64,000 nucleotides of DNA from Opitutales bacterium (GTDB lineage: Bacteria; Verrucomicrobiota; Verrucomicrobiia; Opitutales; UBA2987), in NCBI GenBank assembly GCA_965226885.1, contig CBDDEL010000012.1:288001-352000 (forward strand), written 5' to 3'. The position numbers were made by a program, and so were the translations under genes. The notes beneath the pieces were generated by a model. It saw only the letters and a program-made list of their open reading frames with translations. It was not told the origin of the DNA and did not search any database. Of this stretch, positions 29,599 to 38,547 are shown in pieces (position 1 is the stretch's first letter; each line of letters starts with the position of its first letter).

Positions 29599-30834
29599 CT
29601 ATTGAACGAGGGGATTTTCCGAGCAGTAAATTTCCGGGTAAGCGGCGTAGAAAGCGGCGCATTTAACGAGGTGTTCGATAGGTACCCGGTCGTTGACGGT
29701 GTGGGCCACTTCTTCTTCAGCGGGACCAAAACCGACGCAGGGTATGCCGAATATCCCGGCTATAGCTACCCCGTTGGTGCTGAATGTCCAGCGGCTAACA
29801 GTGGGCTCCTCGTTGAACAAGCGTCTATAAGTATCGGAGGCGGCCTGCACGTGAGGATCGCTTTGGGGGAAAAGCCAGGTAGGGAAATAGCATTCGGTTT
29901 CGTAAACCAGGCCAGTCCAGCTTGGCTTGGCGTAGTTGTTCAATTTCACCTCGGCCCCCTCCACCCCGGCGAGGGCAATGGCCTGGCGGACTTCCTCCAA
30001 GGCGCTTTCCTTGGTTTCACCCTCGGTCACTCGGCGATCGAGGTGGATATAAGCCTGGTTGGGAACGGCGCACAGGCTGGGGGTTTGGCAATCCACATAG
30101 GAAACGGTGATGGTTCCTTTGCCCAGGAATTCGTTCTTCGTCAGGGTGTCGTTGAGCTTTTCGATTTGGGAGACAATTTTGGCGATTTTGTAAACGGCGT
30201 TATCTCCCTTGTGGGGCATTGACCCGTGGGCCGAACGGCCGTAAACGGTGACCCCGATTTCCATTCTCCCCCGGTGGCCGCGCAGGATTTTGGTGTTGGT
30301 GGAATCGGTCACAACCACGCATTCGGGGCGGATTTTGCCTTCATTGACGATGTATTGCCAACAGAGTCCGTCACAATCCTCCTCCTGCACTGTGAATACT
30401 ACCAGAAGGGTCCATTGATCGTTTTTGAGGCCAAGATCTTTGATGATTTTTCCCGCATAAACCATGGACGGGACGGCGCCTTCCTGGTCTCCCGCTCCGC
30501 GCCCGTAAACGAAACCATCCTCGACTTTTCCCTCGAATGGATCGTGCTGCCACTCGTCGGGATTTCCCACTCCAACGGTGTCGACATGGGCATCGACGGC
30601 GATTAGGCGCGAACCTGTGCCCACTTGCCCGAAAAGGTTGCCCATAGGATCGGTCCAGATTCGGTCGAACGCCCCGGTGTTTTCCATTTCCTGCCGGATG
30701 CGGGCGATCACCTTTTCCTCGTTGGAGCTGGTGGAAGGTATGGCAACCAAATCCCGTAAAAAGGAAACCATCTGTGGTTCGTAATGTTTGGCTTGGGCCG
30801 TAATTTTTTCGTAATTCAGAGTTGTTTCATTCAT
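29599..30834 (-). CDS. ygeY: YgeY-family M20 hydrolase (selenium metabolism-linked)
   Basis: DAHVDTV, GRGAGDQ, TVQEEDCDGLCWQYI, GHRGRMEI, WTFSTNGVAIAG. Confidence 0.88.
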   Translation of the reverse strand: MNETTLNYEKITAQAKHYEPQMVSFLRDLVAIPSTSSNEEKVIARIRQEMENTGAFDRIWTDPMGNLFGQVGTGSRLIAVDAHVDTVGVGNPDEWQHDPFEGKVEDGFVYGRGAGDQEGAVPSMVYAGKIIKDLGLKNDQWTLLVVFTVQEEDCDGLCWQYIVNEGKIRPECVVVTDSTNTKILRGHRGRMEIGVTVYGRSAHGSMPHKGDNAVYKIAKIVSQIEKLNDTLTKNEFLGKGTITVSYVDCQTPSLCAVPNQAYIHLDRRVTEGETKESALEEVRQAIALAGVEGAEVKLNNYAKPSWTGLVYETECYFPTWLFPQSDPHVQAASDTYRRLFNEEPTVSRWTFSTNGVAIAGIFGIPCVGFGPAEEEVAHTVNDRVPIEHLVKCAAFYAAYPEIYCSENPLVQ

Positions 30835-30922
30835 AGTTGTTCTGTCCAGTAAAATTGAGGTTGTGGAAGCTGGCCCGGGCCAGCTTCCATAAAAGCGAAA
30901 ACACGGCTCGAAACCGAGGCTC

Positions 30923-33502
30923 CTACCGCAACACGTTTTTCTCCATCAATGGCAAGCTGTTGCGCGGTTTTTGGTCGAATTGGCAGAGGGCGTTGGCTAC
31001 CGCCCCGGCCGTCGGTACAAGGCCGATTTCGCCTACTCCCTTGGCCCCGTAAGGCCCGTGCGGATCGGCCACTTCGACGCCTTTGACCACCGTTCGCGGC
31101 ATGAACTGCGGCTTGAGAACTCCGCAATCGACAAAACGAGTTGATTTTAGAAAGCCGTTTTCCATGGGCAAATCCTCGGTCAGGGCATAACCGAGGCCCA
31201 TGTGAATGGCCCCTTCGATTTGGCCTTCAAAGAGGACCGGGTTCATGATTTTGCCGGCGTCGTGGGCTGCGTAAACGGTGTCGATCTTGCCATTCTCATC
31301 GAGGGTCACGACCTGGGTGGCGTAACCGTAGGAATAATGGGTAACCTCCTCGCCTTTCTCATTGAGAATGCCCGGTTTGGTGGTCCAATCGCAAATCCAT
31401 TTACCGCGGTAGGATTTGCCCGACAATTCGGCCAGGGAATGAGTTGCGAGGTCTTTATTCAGCTCGATGCAGGCATTGATAACGGAATTGCCGATGAGGG
31501 AGGTGGCGCGGGAGGCGGTCGTCATCCCACAGAGTGTTTCCTGGGCCGTATCGACGTAAACATCGATGATGTCCGGGTTGAGGCCCGTTTCTTCACAGAG
31601 GGTCTGAATGGCCATATTGTGCGCCCCCTGCCCCATTTCCGTCCATCCGTGGTAAATCACCACACTGTTCCCTGAAACGATGTCGATCTTGCATTCGCCG
31701 GTATCGGGCATGCCATTGCCCACGCCGGTGTTTTTGATGCCGCAGGCGATTCCGGCGTATTTGGCGGCGTAAAATTCGTCCTTCACGGCGAGAAGGGTTT
31801 CGCGCAGACCGCAGCCGCTTTCGATTTTTTGACCCGTGGCGGTGTAGGAGCCATTGCGGATGCAATTGTCGTAACGGAACTGCCAGCGGTCGAAACCGCC
31901 CTGGGCACATAATTCGTCGATGCAGCGCTCCATGGCGAAAGCCACCTGATTGACTCCGAAACCACGAAAAGCGCCGCAGGGGATATTGTTGGTGTAAACG
32001 GCCTTCGACTGGATTGCCACATTGGGCACGGAGTAAGCGCCGGTGGCGTGGCCGAGTCCGCGCTGGGCCACTTTCATGCCGACCGAGGCGTAAGCGCCGG
32101 TATCGCATAAAATATCCGACTTGAGCGCTGTTAACATGCCGTCGGCATCGCAGCCCACCTCGTAATCCATAATAAACGGGTGTCGCTTGGGGTGCATGAT
32201 GAGGGATTCTGTGCGGCTCAGCGTGAGCTTTACCGGGACCTTCAACAAATACGCGAAAAGCGCCACGTGCCCCTGGATGATGAGGTCCTCCTTGCCGCCG
32301 AAACCGCCCCCGCATTGCACTTGGACGACGTCGACGTCCGCCTGCTCGAGTCCAAGAATTTTGGCGATCTGCACCCGGTCGTCAAAGATGCCCTGTCCTT
32401 GCGAATAGACCCTCACGCCGGTGTGGCCATTGCTCCCGAAAGGCTCCGCCAGGCAGGCTTCCGGCTCCATGAAGGCGTGCTCGACCCGCTGGGTTGTGTA
32501 ACGGCCTTTGGTTGTAAAGGCCGATTCGGAAATGGCTTGGGCAAAATCACCGCGATCGATTCTGCCCTCGAAAAGGAGATTGCCGGAGGCATGCACCTTG
32601 GGCGCTTCAGGTTCGAGAGCCAGATTTACGTCGGTAACTGGTTCGAACACTTCATATTCCACCTTGATCAGTTCAACGGCGGCGCGGGCGATCTTTTCCG
32701 TGTCGGCGACCACGGCGGCCAGGACATCGCCGATATAACGAGTATTTTCACCGACTTTAATCATGATTGGCCAATCCTGAACGATGAGGCCGATGACACG
32801 CTCGCCAGGAATGTCCTCGGCTGTGAAAACCCTGGCCACTCCATCCAATTTTTCCGCTTCGGAAACGTCCATGGAGATGACTTTGGCCCGTGGATGATCG
32901 CTCAGTTTGAAAACGCCGTAAAGCATTCCCGCCCGTGACATGTCATCGACATAGGGCCGCATTCCGAGCGTGGCCGTATCGCACTCATATTTGCGCAAGT
33001 TACAGCCCACCTTGCCGGTCGTGTCGGCGCGCGGAACCGTGTCATTCTCGCGAATGGCCCTGCCTGCTTCGAGAACGGAATCGACGATTTTTACGTAACC
33101 GGTGCAGCGGCAGAGATTTTTGTTTAAAGCCTTGATAACTTCCTGGCGCGCCGGGTCGGGATTTTTATCGAGCAGGCCCTTGGCTTGCATGACAAAGCCG
33201 GGGATGCAAAAACCACATTGGATGCCGCCCTTTTCCACGAAGGCGTCGGCGAAGGCTTCCTGCAACCTCAAATCAAGGCCTTCGATTGAGGTCACTTCCT
33301 TCCCTTCGACTTTTTTCATTTTGACCACGCAGGCGAGGGCTCCCTTGCCGTTCACCTGCACGGAGCAGCAGCCGCAGGCGGCCTCGTCATTACAGCCCTT
33401 TTTGGGGGAAGTGATTCCAGCCTGTTCCCGCAAGTATTCGAGCAGGGAGATTTCGGGATCCCCTCCGTATTCTATTTTATTTTTATTTAAAGTAAATTCC
33501 AT
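30923..33502 (-). CDS. selenium-dependent xanthine dehydrogenase-type molybdenum hydroxylase (2Fe-2S plus Mo domains fused)
   Basis: GC..AACGCC, QCGFCIPG, NLCRCTGY, GGGFGGKED, GAFRGFG, TTASR, GAKGVGE. Confidence 0.88.
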   Translation of the reverse strand: MEFTLNKNKIEYGGDPEISLLEYLREQAGITSPKKGCNDEAACGCCSVQVNGKGALACVVKMKKVEGKEVTSIEGLDLRLQEAFADAFVEKGGIQCGFCIPGFVMQAKGLLDKNPDPARQEVIKALNKNLCRCTGYVKIVDSVLEAGRAIRENDTVPRADTTGKVGCNLRKYECDTATLGMRPYVDDMSRAGMLYGVFKLSDHPRAKVISMDVSEAEKLDGVARVFTAEDIPGERVIGLIVQDWPIMIKVGENTRYIGDVLAAVVADTEKIARAAVELIKVEYEVFEPVTDVNLALEPEAPKVHASGNLLFEGRIDRGDFAQAISESAFTTKGRYTTQRVEHAFMEPEACLAEPFGSNGHTGVRVYSQGQGIFDDRVQIAKILGLEQADVDVVQVQCGGGFGGKEDLIIQGHVALFAYLLKVPVKLTLSRTESLIMHPKRHPFIMDYEVGCDADGMLTALKSDILCDTGAYASVGMKVAQRGLGHATGAYSVPNVAIQSKAVYTNNIPCGAFRGFGVNQVAFAMERCIDELCAQGGFDRWQFRYDNCIRNGSYTATGQKIESGCGLRETLLAVKDEFYAAKYAGIACGIKNTGVGNGMPDTGECKIDIVSGNSVVIYHGWTEMGQGAHNMAIQTLCEETGLNPDIIDVYVDTAQETLCGMTTASRATSLIGNSVINACIELNKDLATHSLAELSGKSYRGKWICDWTTKPGILNEKGEEVTHYSYGYATQVVTLDENGKIDTVYAAHDAGKIMNPVLFEGQIEGAIHMGLGYALTEDLPMENGFLKSTRFVDCGVLKPQFMPRTVVKGVEVADPHGPYGAKGVGEIGLVPTAGAVANALCQFDQKPRNSLPLMEKNVLR

Positions 33503-33581
33503 GCCAGCAGTCTCCTAAATTCCAATTCTCGGATAATTATATTATAGTTTAAAAGATTAAATGCGCAATAGGCGCCTTCAT

Positions 33582-35558
33582 TCATGAAGTTTCCAATAAA
33601 AATTGGTTTGTGTAGGCGGCTGGGGCGGAGGCCAATCCTTGCATTAATATTTTCATGACATAATACGAGTTCATATCGACGGTGGTACCGTCTTCCAGGC
33701 CTTCCCCGGCCTCGCCTGCGACCAGCCCCCCTTCGGAATCGAGAACGAATCTTCCCCCCGGCCCCTGGTAGGTGTAGCGGTCATCCATTTCGGAATACTC
33801 GAGCGAGTGCTCGACGCCCTGGATTCTTCCCCGCATGACATGGGCCGAATCGAAATAAAACCCATCCCATTTTGAATCGGTCTCGTAGGATTCACGATTG
33901 AAAAAGAAATTCGGCTTTTCGATATAGGGACCGCCTTGCTCAGGGCAGAAGGTGTCGCAATTGCCGCATTCGTTGCAAAAGTCGGCCAGGATGGCGATCT
34001 GCCCCTTCTTTTTCAGTTGAATTTCGCCCCCCGAAACCGGCGCAAAACCGCCGTCGCGGTAAATGAAATCCGTTTGCGCAATATTCTGCTTGCCGATTGG
34101 GATATTGAAAGTGGCCGCGTTGGGGCAAACCGGCAGGCAGATATTGCAGGTCAGACAATCCCATAATTCCAGATGCGAATCAATAGCCCGGGGCATGGCC
34201 GAATTCTGGCTGTTGTGGTAGCGGGGGTTCTCGACCAGAGCCGGAACCAGGGACTGGGCGTTTATATGACCGGCTTCCTCCAGGCTGAGGCTGTCGTCCC
34301 CGGCCCTGGCCCGCAGGAACTCGCCCATATTCGAGGCGCCCGCCTCATCCATGGCTTTGCCCAGATTTTTTAAATACGCAGGCATGCGGGCATAACCACC
34401 CTTTTGCAGCAGGTCCGTGCAAGTGGTGATAGGCCTCAAGTAACAGGCCGCCGCTTCGACGAAATTTTCCTTGTCGATGCCAGCCGAAAAAGAGATGTGA
34501 AAATGGCTCCCCAAAGAAGAACGCATATTATGCATTCCATTCATGGCAATAACATGCAGGGGGCGGCCAGAAAGATACATGACCTTGTCCGGAACCCCCG
34601 GCTCGATATTGGTCATGACGGATTCTCCGTGGTTGACGATCAGTGTATTGGTGTATTTTGCGCCAACCTTTTTATCATGTTCAGCGCCAAATTCCTCCAA
34701 CCTCTTCAACAAAGGCACGGCGTCCTCGAAGGAGAGGTCGCCCTCGAAGGCATGCCGGTCCAGTTTCAAGTGCGAATAGCCGAGGTCCTCGAGCAAGGTT
34801 TTATTTACCCAGTCATAACCGAGTTGGGTGGGATTGCATTTGACGATGACATGCAGACCGTGTTCCTTGATGAGGAATTTGACGATGCCTTCGACCTCTT
34901 CCTTGGGGCAACCGTGAAAGGTGGAGAGAGTGGCTGAATTGGATATATGTGGATCGACCTCGAAATCGCGGTAGCGGGAAAACGGTTCCGGTAATTCATG
35001 CAGCATTTGCCGGATAGCCTCCTCGGCGTTCATCAGCTTTTTAACCCACTCCACCATAATCGGTGAAGAGACGCCTTTGAGATCGTAGCCGATGGAAATA
35101 TCGAAAACGAAATCGTAAAAGGGATCGCCCTTGGGAACTCCCAGCAACTCCATGTCCTCAATTATTTTGAGGAGCACCCAGGCTTTGACGTATTCATCGT
35201 AGGAGGCTTGCAAATTCAACTCCTGCGACCATTCGATGTTGAAACCGATATTGGGCGCTTCGATGCAGGGTCGGCCGATATCCAGTTGGTCGAGGATTTG
35301 CACCGTCTTGAGCTCAAAAATCCTGCCCCCGCCCAAAAAAGCCAGAATAATGTTTTGTGTCAGTTGGGTGTGCGGACCGGAGGCGGGCCCCAATTGGGTA
35401 TAAGCGCGCCTGTCATGAAAATCGACCGAAAAATCGTGTTCCGGGTCGCCCGTAAAGATGTCCCGCTGGCGATAGCCGTAAATGGTTTTACACATCTCCA
35501 GTTCCGAGACTATGGCCTGGAGATGTTGTCCCAGGCTGACACCGCGCAATTCTGCCAT
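33582..35558 (-). CDS. short YgfK-like Fe-S flavoprotein (putative selenate reductase family)
   Basis: GPASGPHTQLTQNI, FELKTVQ, NIEWSQEL, TLSTFHGCP, YLSGR; C-terminal CLTCNICLPVCP and FCNECGNCDTFCP; GAGGA upstream of ATG at 35558. Confidence 0.82.
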   Translation of the reverse strand: MAELRGVSLGQHLQAIVSELEMCKTIYGYRQRDIFTGDPEHDFSVDFHDRRAYTQLGPASGPHTQLTQNIILAFLGGGRIFELKTVQILDQLDIGRPCIEAPNIGFNIEWSQELNLQASYDEYVKAWVLLKIIEDMELLGVPKGDPFYDFVFDISIGYDLKGVSSPIMVEWVKKLMNAEEAIRQMLHELPEPFSRYRDFEVDPHISNSATLSTFHGCPKEEVEGIVKFLIKEHGLHVIVKCNPTQLGYDWVNKTLLEDLGYSHLKLDRHAFEGDLSFEDAVPLLKRLEEFGAEHDKKVGAKYTNTLIVNHGESVMTNIEPGVPDKVMYLSGRPLHVIAMNGMHNMRSSLGSHFHISFSAGIDKENFVEAAACYLRPITTCTDLLQKGGYARMPAYLKNLGKAMDEAGASNMGEFLRARAGDDSLSLEEAGHINAQSLVPALVENPRYHNSQNSAMPRAIDSHLELWDCLTCNICLPVCPNAATFNIPIGKQNIAQTDFIYRDGGFAPVSGGEIQLKKKGQIAILADFCNECGNCDTFCPEQGGPYIEKPNFFFNRESYETDSKWDGFYFDSAHVMRGRIQGVEHSLEYSEMDDRYTYQGPGGRFVLDSEGGLVAGEAGEGLEDGTTVDMNSYYVMKILMQGLASAPAAYTNQFLLETS

Positions 35559-35845
35559 AAAAAATCCTCGTTCTTTTGCGGAGGGAAGAGCCAACCGAGG
35601 AATCCCGGTCACGAGACCGGCCCACACATCAGCCTTGACTCAGTGAAAAGCAGCCAGCGGGTAATTTCCCTAAATTAAAAACTTTTCACTCCTATACTGG
35701 CTTTGCGACCGAAATCCCGGAGAGACTTTCGATCAGCCCTCAACCTCCAAATGTTAAATCATTTGTTGGTTACTGGGTAAAAGAATATCGCCAGGCGGTT
35801 CCCCTTGTAAAGAGAATTTTAATCTTCCGGCCACCCGGCCAGGGA

Positions 35846-37042
35846 TCAGTTCCAGAATGTCTTCAGCCGGGCCAGGCCCTCCTTGATATTTTCCACCGAA
35901 ATGCCGGAAAAGGCGAAGCGGATAAATTTACGGTCTTCACCCGGCAGAGGGCTGCCGAAATGCTCGCGGGTGCAAAAGGAGACCCCGGTTTCACGCAAGG
36001 TGCGGCTGCGAAAATCTTCCATCGAAGTGGACCCCAGCCTTTCGTAAACCCGTGTCACATCAGGAAAAAGGTAAAAGGTGGAATTGGGCACAAACACCTC
36101 GACCCCATTGATGGTTTGCAATTCCTCCACCAGGGCATCGCGCCGCTGCCGCAGGGTATTCATTATTTCATGCGCTCCGGACTGGTCGCCGTGCAAGGCT
36201 TCGATGCCCCCATACTGCAAGGCGTGGTTGGTGCAGGACTCGACGTTGACGTTGAGCTTGCCCATGCTCTCGATAATGGATTCCGGGCCGATGGCGGCCC
36301 CCAGGCGCAGGCCGGTCATGGCGTAGGTTTTGGAATAAGTGTAAAGAATGACGGTGCGATCAATCATCCCCGGCAACGAAACGATGCTCTGACCCTGCCC
36401 GCTGTAGAGGATTTTGAAATAAGCCTCATCGGCAAGGACCCATAGGTCGTGGCGGATGGCGAGGTCGGCCACCCATTGTATCTCCTCAGCAGAAGATTCA
36501 GCCCCAATGGGATTTTGGTAATTGTTGTAAATAATGGCCCGCACGCCGTCGCCGATCTGCGACTCGACCCCATCCCGGTCAATTTCGAAACCATCGCCGG
36601 TGGGAATGAATCCGTAGGGCAGGGGCTTGCCCCCCAGGTAATTGATTTGCGATTCGTAGATGGGAAACCCCGGATTGGGATAAAGAACGCCGTCGCCAGG
36701 ATTCATGACGATTTCCAGAAATTTACTGATGACCGGCTTGCCTCCCGGCTGAACGGCCACATTGAGCGGCCCGTAGGAGACATTGCGCTCCTGCCCGACA
36801 TTTTCGGCCAGGGCTTCGCGCAAGGGCATGATTCCGGCCGAAGGGTTGTAGCCCGTTTTACCATCCAGCATCGCCCGGTGGGTGGCCTCGATGACATTAA
36901 GCGGCGTCCGAAAATCCAGATCCCCCAGATGAAAAGGATAGACCACATTGCCCTCGGCGGCAAATGCTGCCGCATCGGCCGATACGGCAAATGCGGTTTC
37001 CGTTCCCAGTTTTTGAAGTCTGTGTGCTGTTGATTTACTCAT
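35846..37042 (-). CDS. class I/II PLP-dependent aminotransferase
   Basis: NPIG, ADEAY, YSKTYAMTGLRLG, IRFAF. Confidence 0.92.
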   Translation of the reverse strand: MSKSTAHRLQKLGTETAFAVSADAAAFAAEGNVVYPFHLGDLDFRTPLNVIEATHRAMLDGKTGYNPSAGIMPLREALAENVGQERNVSYGPLNVAVQPGGKPVISKFLEIVMNPGDGVLYPNPGFPIYESQINYLGGKPLPYGFIPTGDGFEIDRDGVESQIGDGVRAIIYNNYQNPIGAESSAEEIQWVADLAIRHDLWVLADEAYFKILYSGQGQSIVSLPGMIDRTVILYTYSKTYAMTGLRLGAAIGPESIIESMGKLNVNVESCTNHALQYGGIEALHGDQSGAHEIMNTLRQRRDALVEELQTINGVEVFVPNSTFYLFPDVTRVYERLGSTSMEDFRSRTLRETGVSFCTREHFGSPLPGEDRKFIRFAFSGISVENIKEGLARLKTFWN

Positions 37043-37181
37043 AAATTCCGACTCTGTTTTTTGAAGTGAAAAGTACTCTTCTGCTACCACGACAAATGGA
37101 TGGTTCAAGCATTGTCTCGACCGTGCGCATTTTCCGGGACCCGCATAGGCGTATAAACCGCTATCGGAACCATATGATTTT

Positions 37182-38495
37182 TTGTATTGTCAGGCGGCTT
37201 CACAGGCCCAATCTGCACTTTTAATGCAACAAAATTATTCGAGCCCGGGCAATCCAAAGCGCCTCTTTATTTTTCTTTTGCTTCTGATGGCGTTATTCGT
37301 ACCGCCAGGGACGCTCCTGGCCGGAAAAACGGAGAAACCCACGGTATTGCTCATATCCCTGGATGCCTTTCGCTATGATTATTTCGACAAGGCGGACACA
37401 CCCAACCTCGATCGCCTGCGCCAAGAGGGGCTTCAAGCTGAAAGCCTCATCCCCGTTTTCCCTTCCAATACCTTTCCCAACCACTACTCCATCGTAACCG
37501 GGCTCTACCCCGCGCACAGCGGCATTATCGACAACGAAATGTACGATCCGGTTTATGACGCCTATTTCGATCTCGGCAAAAGGGATGAATTGGCCAGCAG
37601 CCGCTGGTGGCACGGAGAGCCAGTGTGGGTAACGGCCGTCAAGCAAGGGCTAAAAGCCAACACCTTGTTTTGGCCGGGAACCGAAGCTGAAATCAATGGC
37701 TACCGGCCGACTCAGTGGCTCCCTTATCAACACAATATGCCCTACCAGAAAAGAGTGAATATTATTTTGGACTGGATGGACCTGCCCGAAGAAGAAAGGC
37801 CGAATTTTATCTCTCTTTACCTGCCGGAAGTAAACGAAGTGGCCCATTATGCCGGCGCCGATGCCCCCGAAACCTACCAAGCTGTTGAATTGGTGGATCG
37901 TACGGTTGGGAAAATCATGAAAGGACTGGAGGAGCGTGGTCTTTTAGACTCTACCCATATTATCATCGTATCCGATCATGGGATGGTCGATGTCAGTCCG
38001 GAAAGGCAAATAAACCTGGACGATTATATCGACACCACGGAAGCGGACTGGATTCGCTACGGGGCCCAGTTGGGCATATGGGCGTCTCCCAAGAAAATTC
38101 CGAAAATTCTTCGCAAATTGAAAAAAGCCCACCCGCATCTAAAAGTTTTTGCCAGGGATGATATACCGGAGCGCTTTAAATTGAGCGGGCATATCCGCAT
38201 TGCCCCGATTGTTGGAATTCCCGACCTTGGCTGGGAAGTGGTCACCACGAAGGCCCTCAGCATACCCATGAATCACCCCTTGAAGGGCGATCACGGTTTT
38301 GATAACGAGGAACCATTGATGCACGGAATTTTTATTGCCTACGGGCCCAATATTCCACGGGGAGAAAGGGTGGAACCTTTTATCAATGTTGAAATTTACG
38401 AATTGCTTTGCCAAATTCTCGGCTTGCAAGCAGCTCCCAACGACGGCTCAGGCTGGCTCGTAGAGCAGGTGGGGAACCTCAAGAGGGTAGAGTGA
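37182..38495 (+). CDS. ectonucleotide pyrophosphatase/phosphodiesterase (alkaline phosphatase superfamily)
   Basis: LISLDAFRYDY, TFPNHYSIVTGLYP..SGI, SDHGM, GDHGFDN; start uncertain. Confidence 0.9.
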   Translation: MYCQAASQAQSALLMQQNYSSPGNPKRLFIFLLLLMALFVPPGTLLAGKTEKPTVLLISLDAFRYDYFDKADTPNLDRLRQEGLQAESLIPVFPSNTFPNHYSIVTGLYPAHSGIIDNEMYDPVYDAYFDLGKRDELASSRWWHGEPVWVTAVKQGLKANTLFWPGTEAEINGYRPTQWLPYQHNMPYQKRVNIILDWMDLPEEERPNFISLYLPEVNEVAHYAGADAPETYQAVELVDRTVGKIMKGLEERGLLDSTHIIIVSDHGMVDVSPERQINLDDYIDTTEADWIRYGAQLGIWASPKKIPKILRKLKKAHPHLKVFARDDIPERFKLSGHIRIAPIVGIPDLGWEVVTTKALSIPMNHPLKGDHGFDNEEPLMHGIFIAYGPNIPRGERVEPFINVEIYELLCQILGLQAAPNDGSGWLVEQVGNLKRVE

Positions 38496-38547
38496 CCTGC
38501 ATCCAACTCCATTTTTTTTATCATAAAAGAAATATCAGGACAGCATT

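Noticed and set aside
29599..35558. Selenocysteine (UGA) recoding in the selenium-linked genes
   Set aside because: YgeY, Xdh and YgfK-like ORFs are open end to end with no in-frame TGA; this enzyme class uses a labile selenium cofactor rather than Sec
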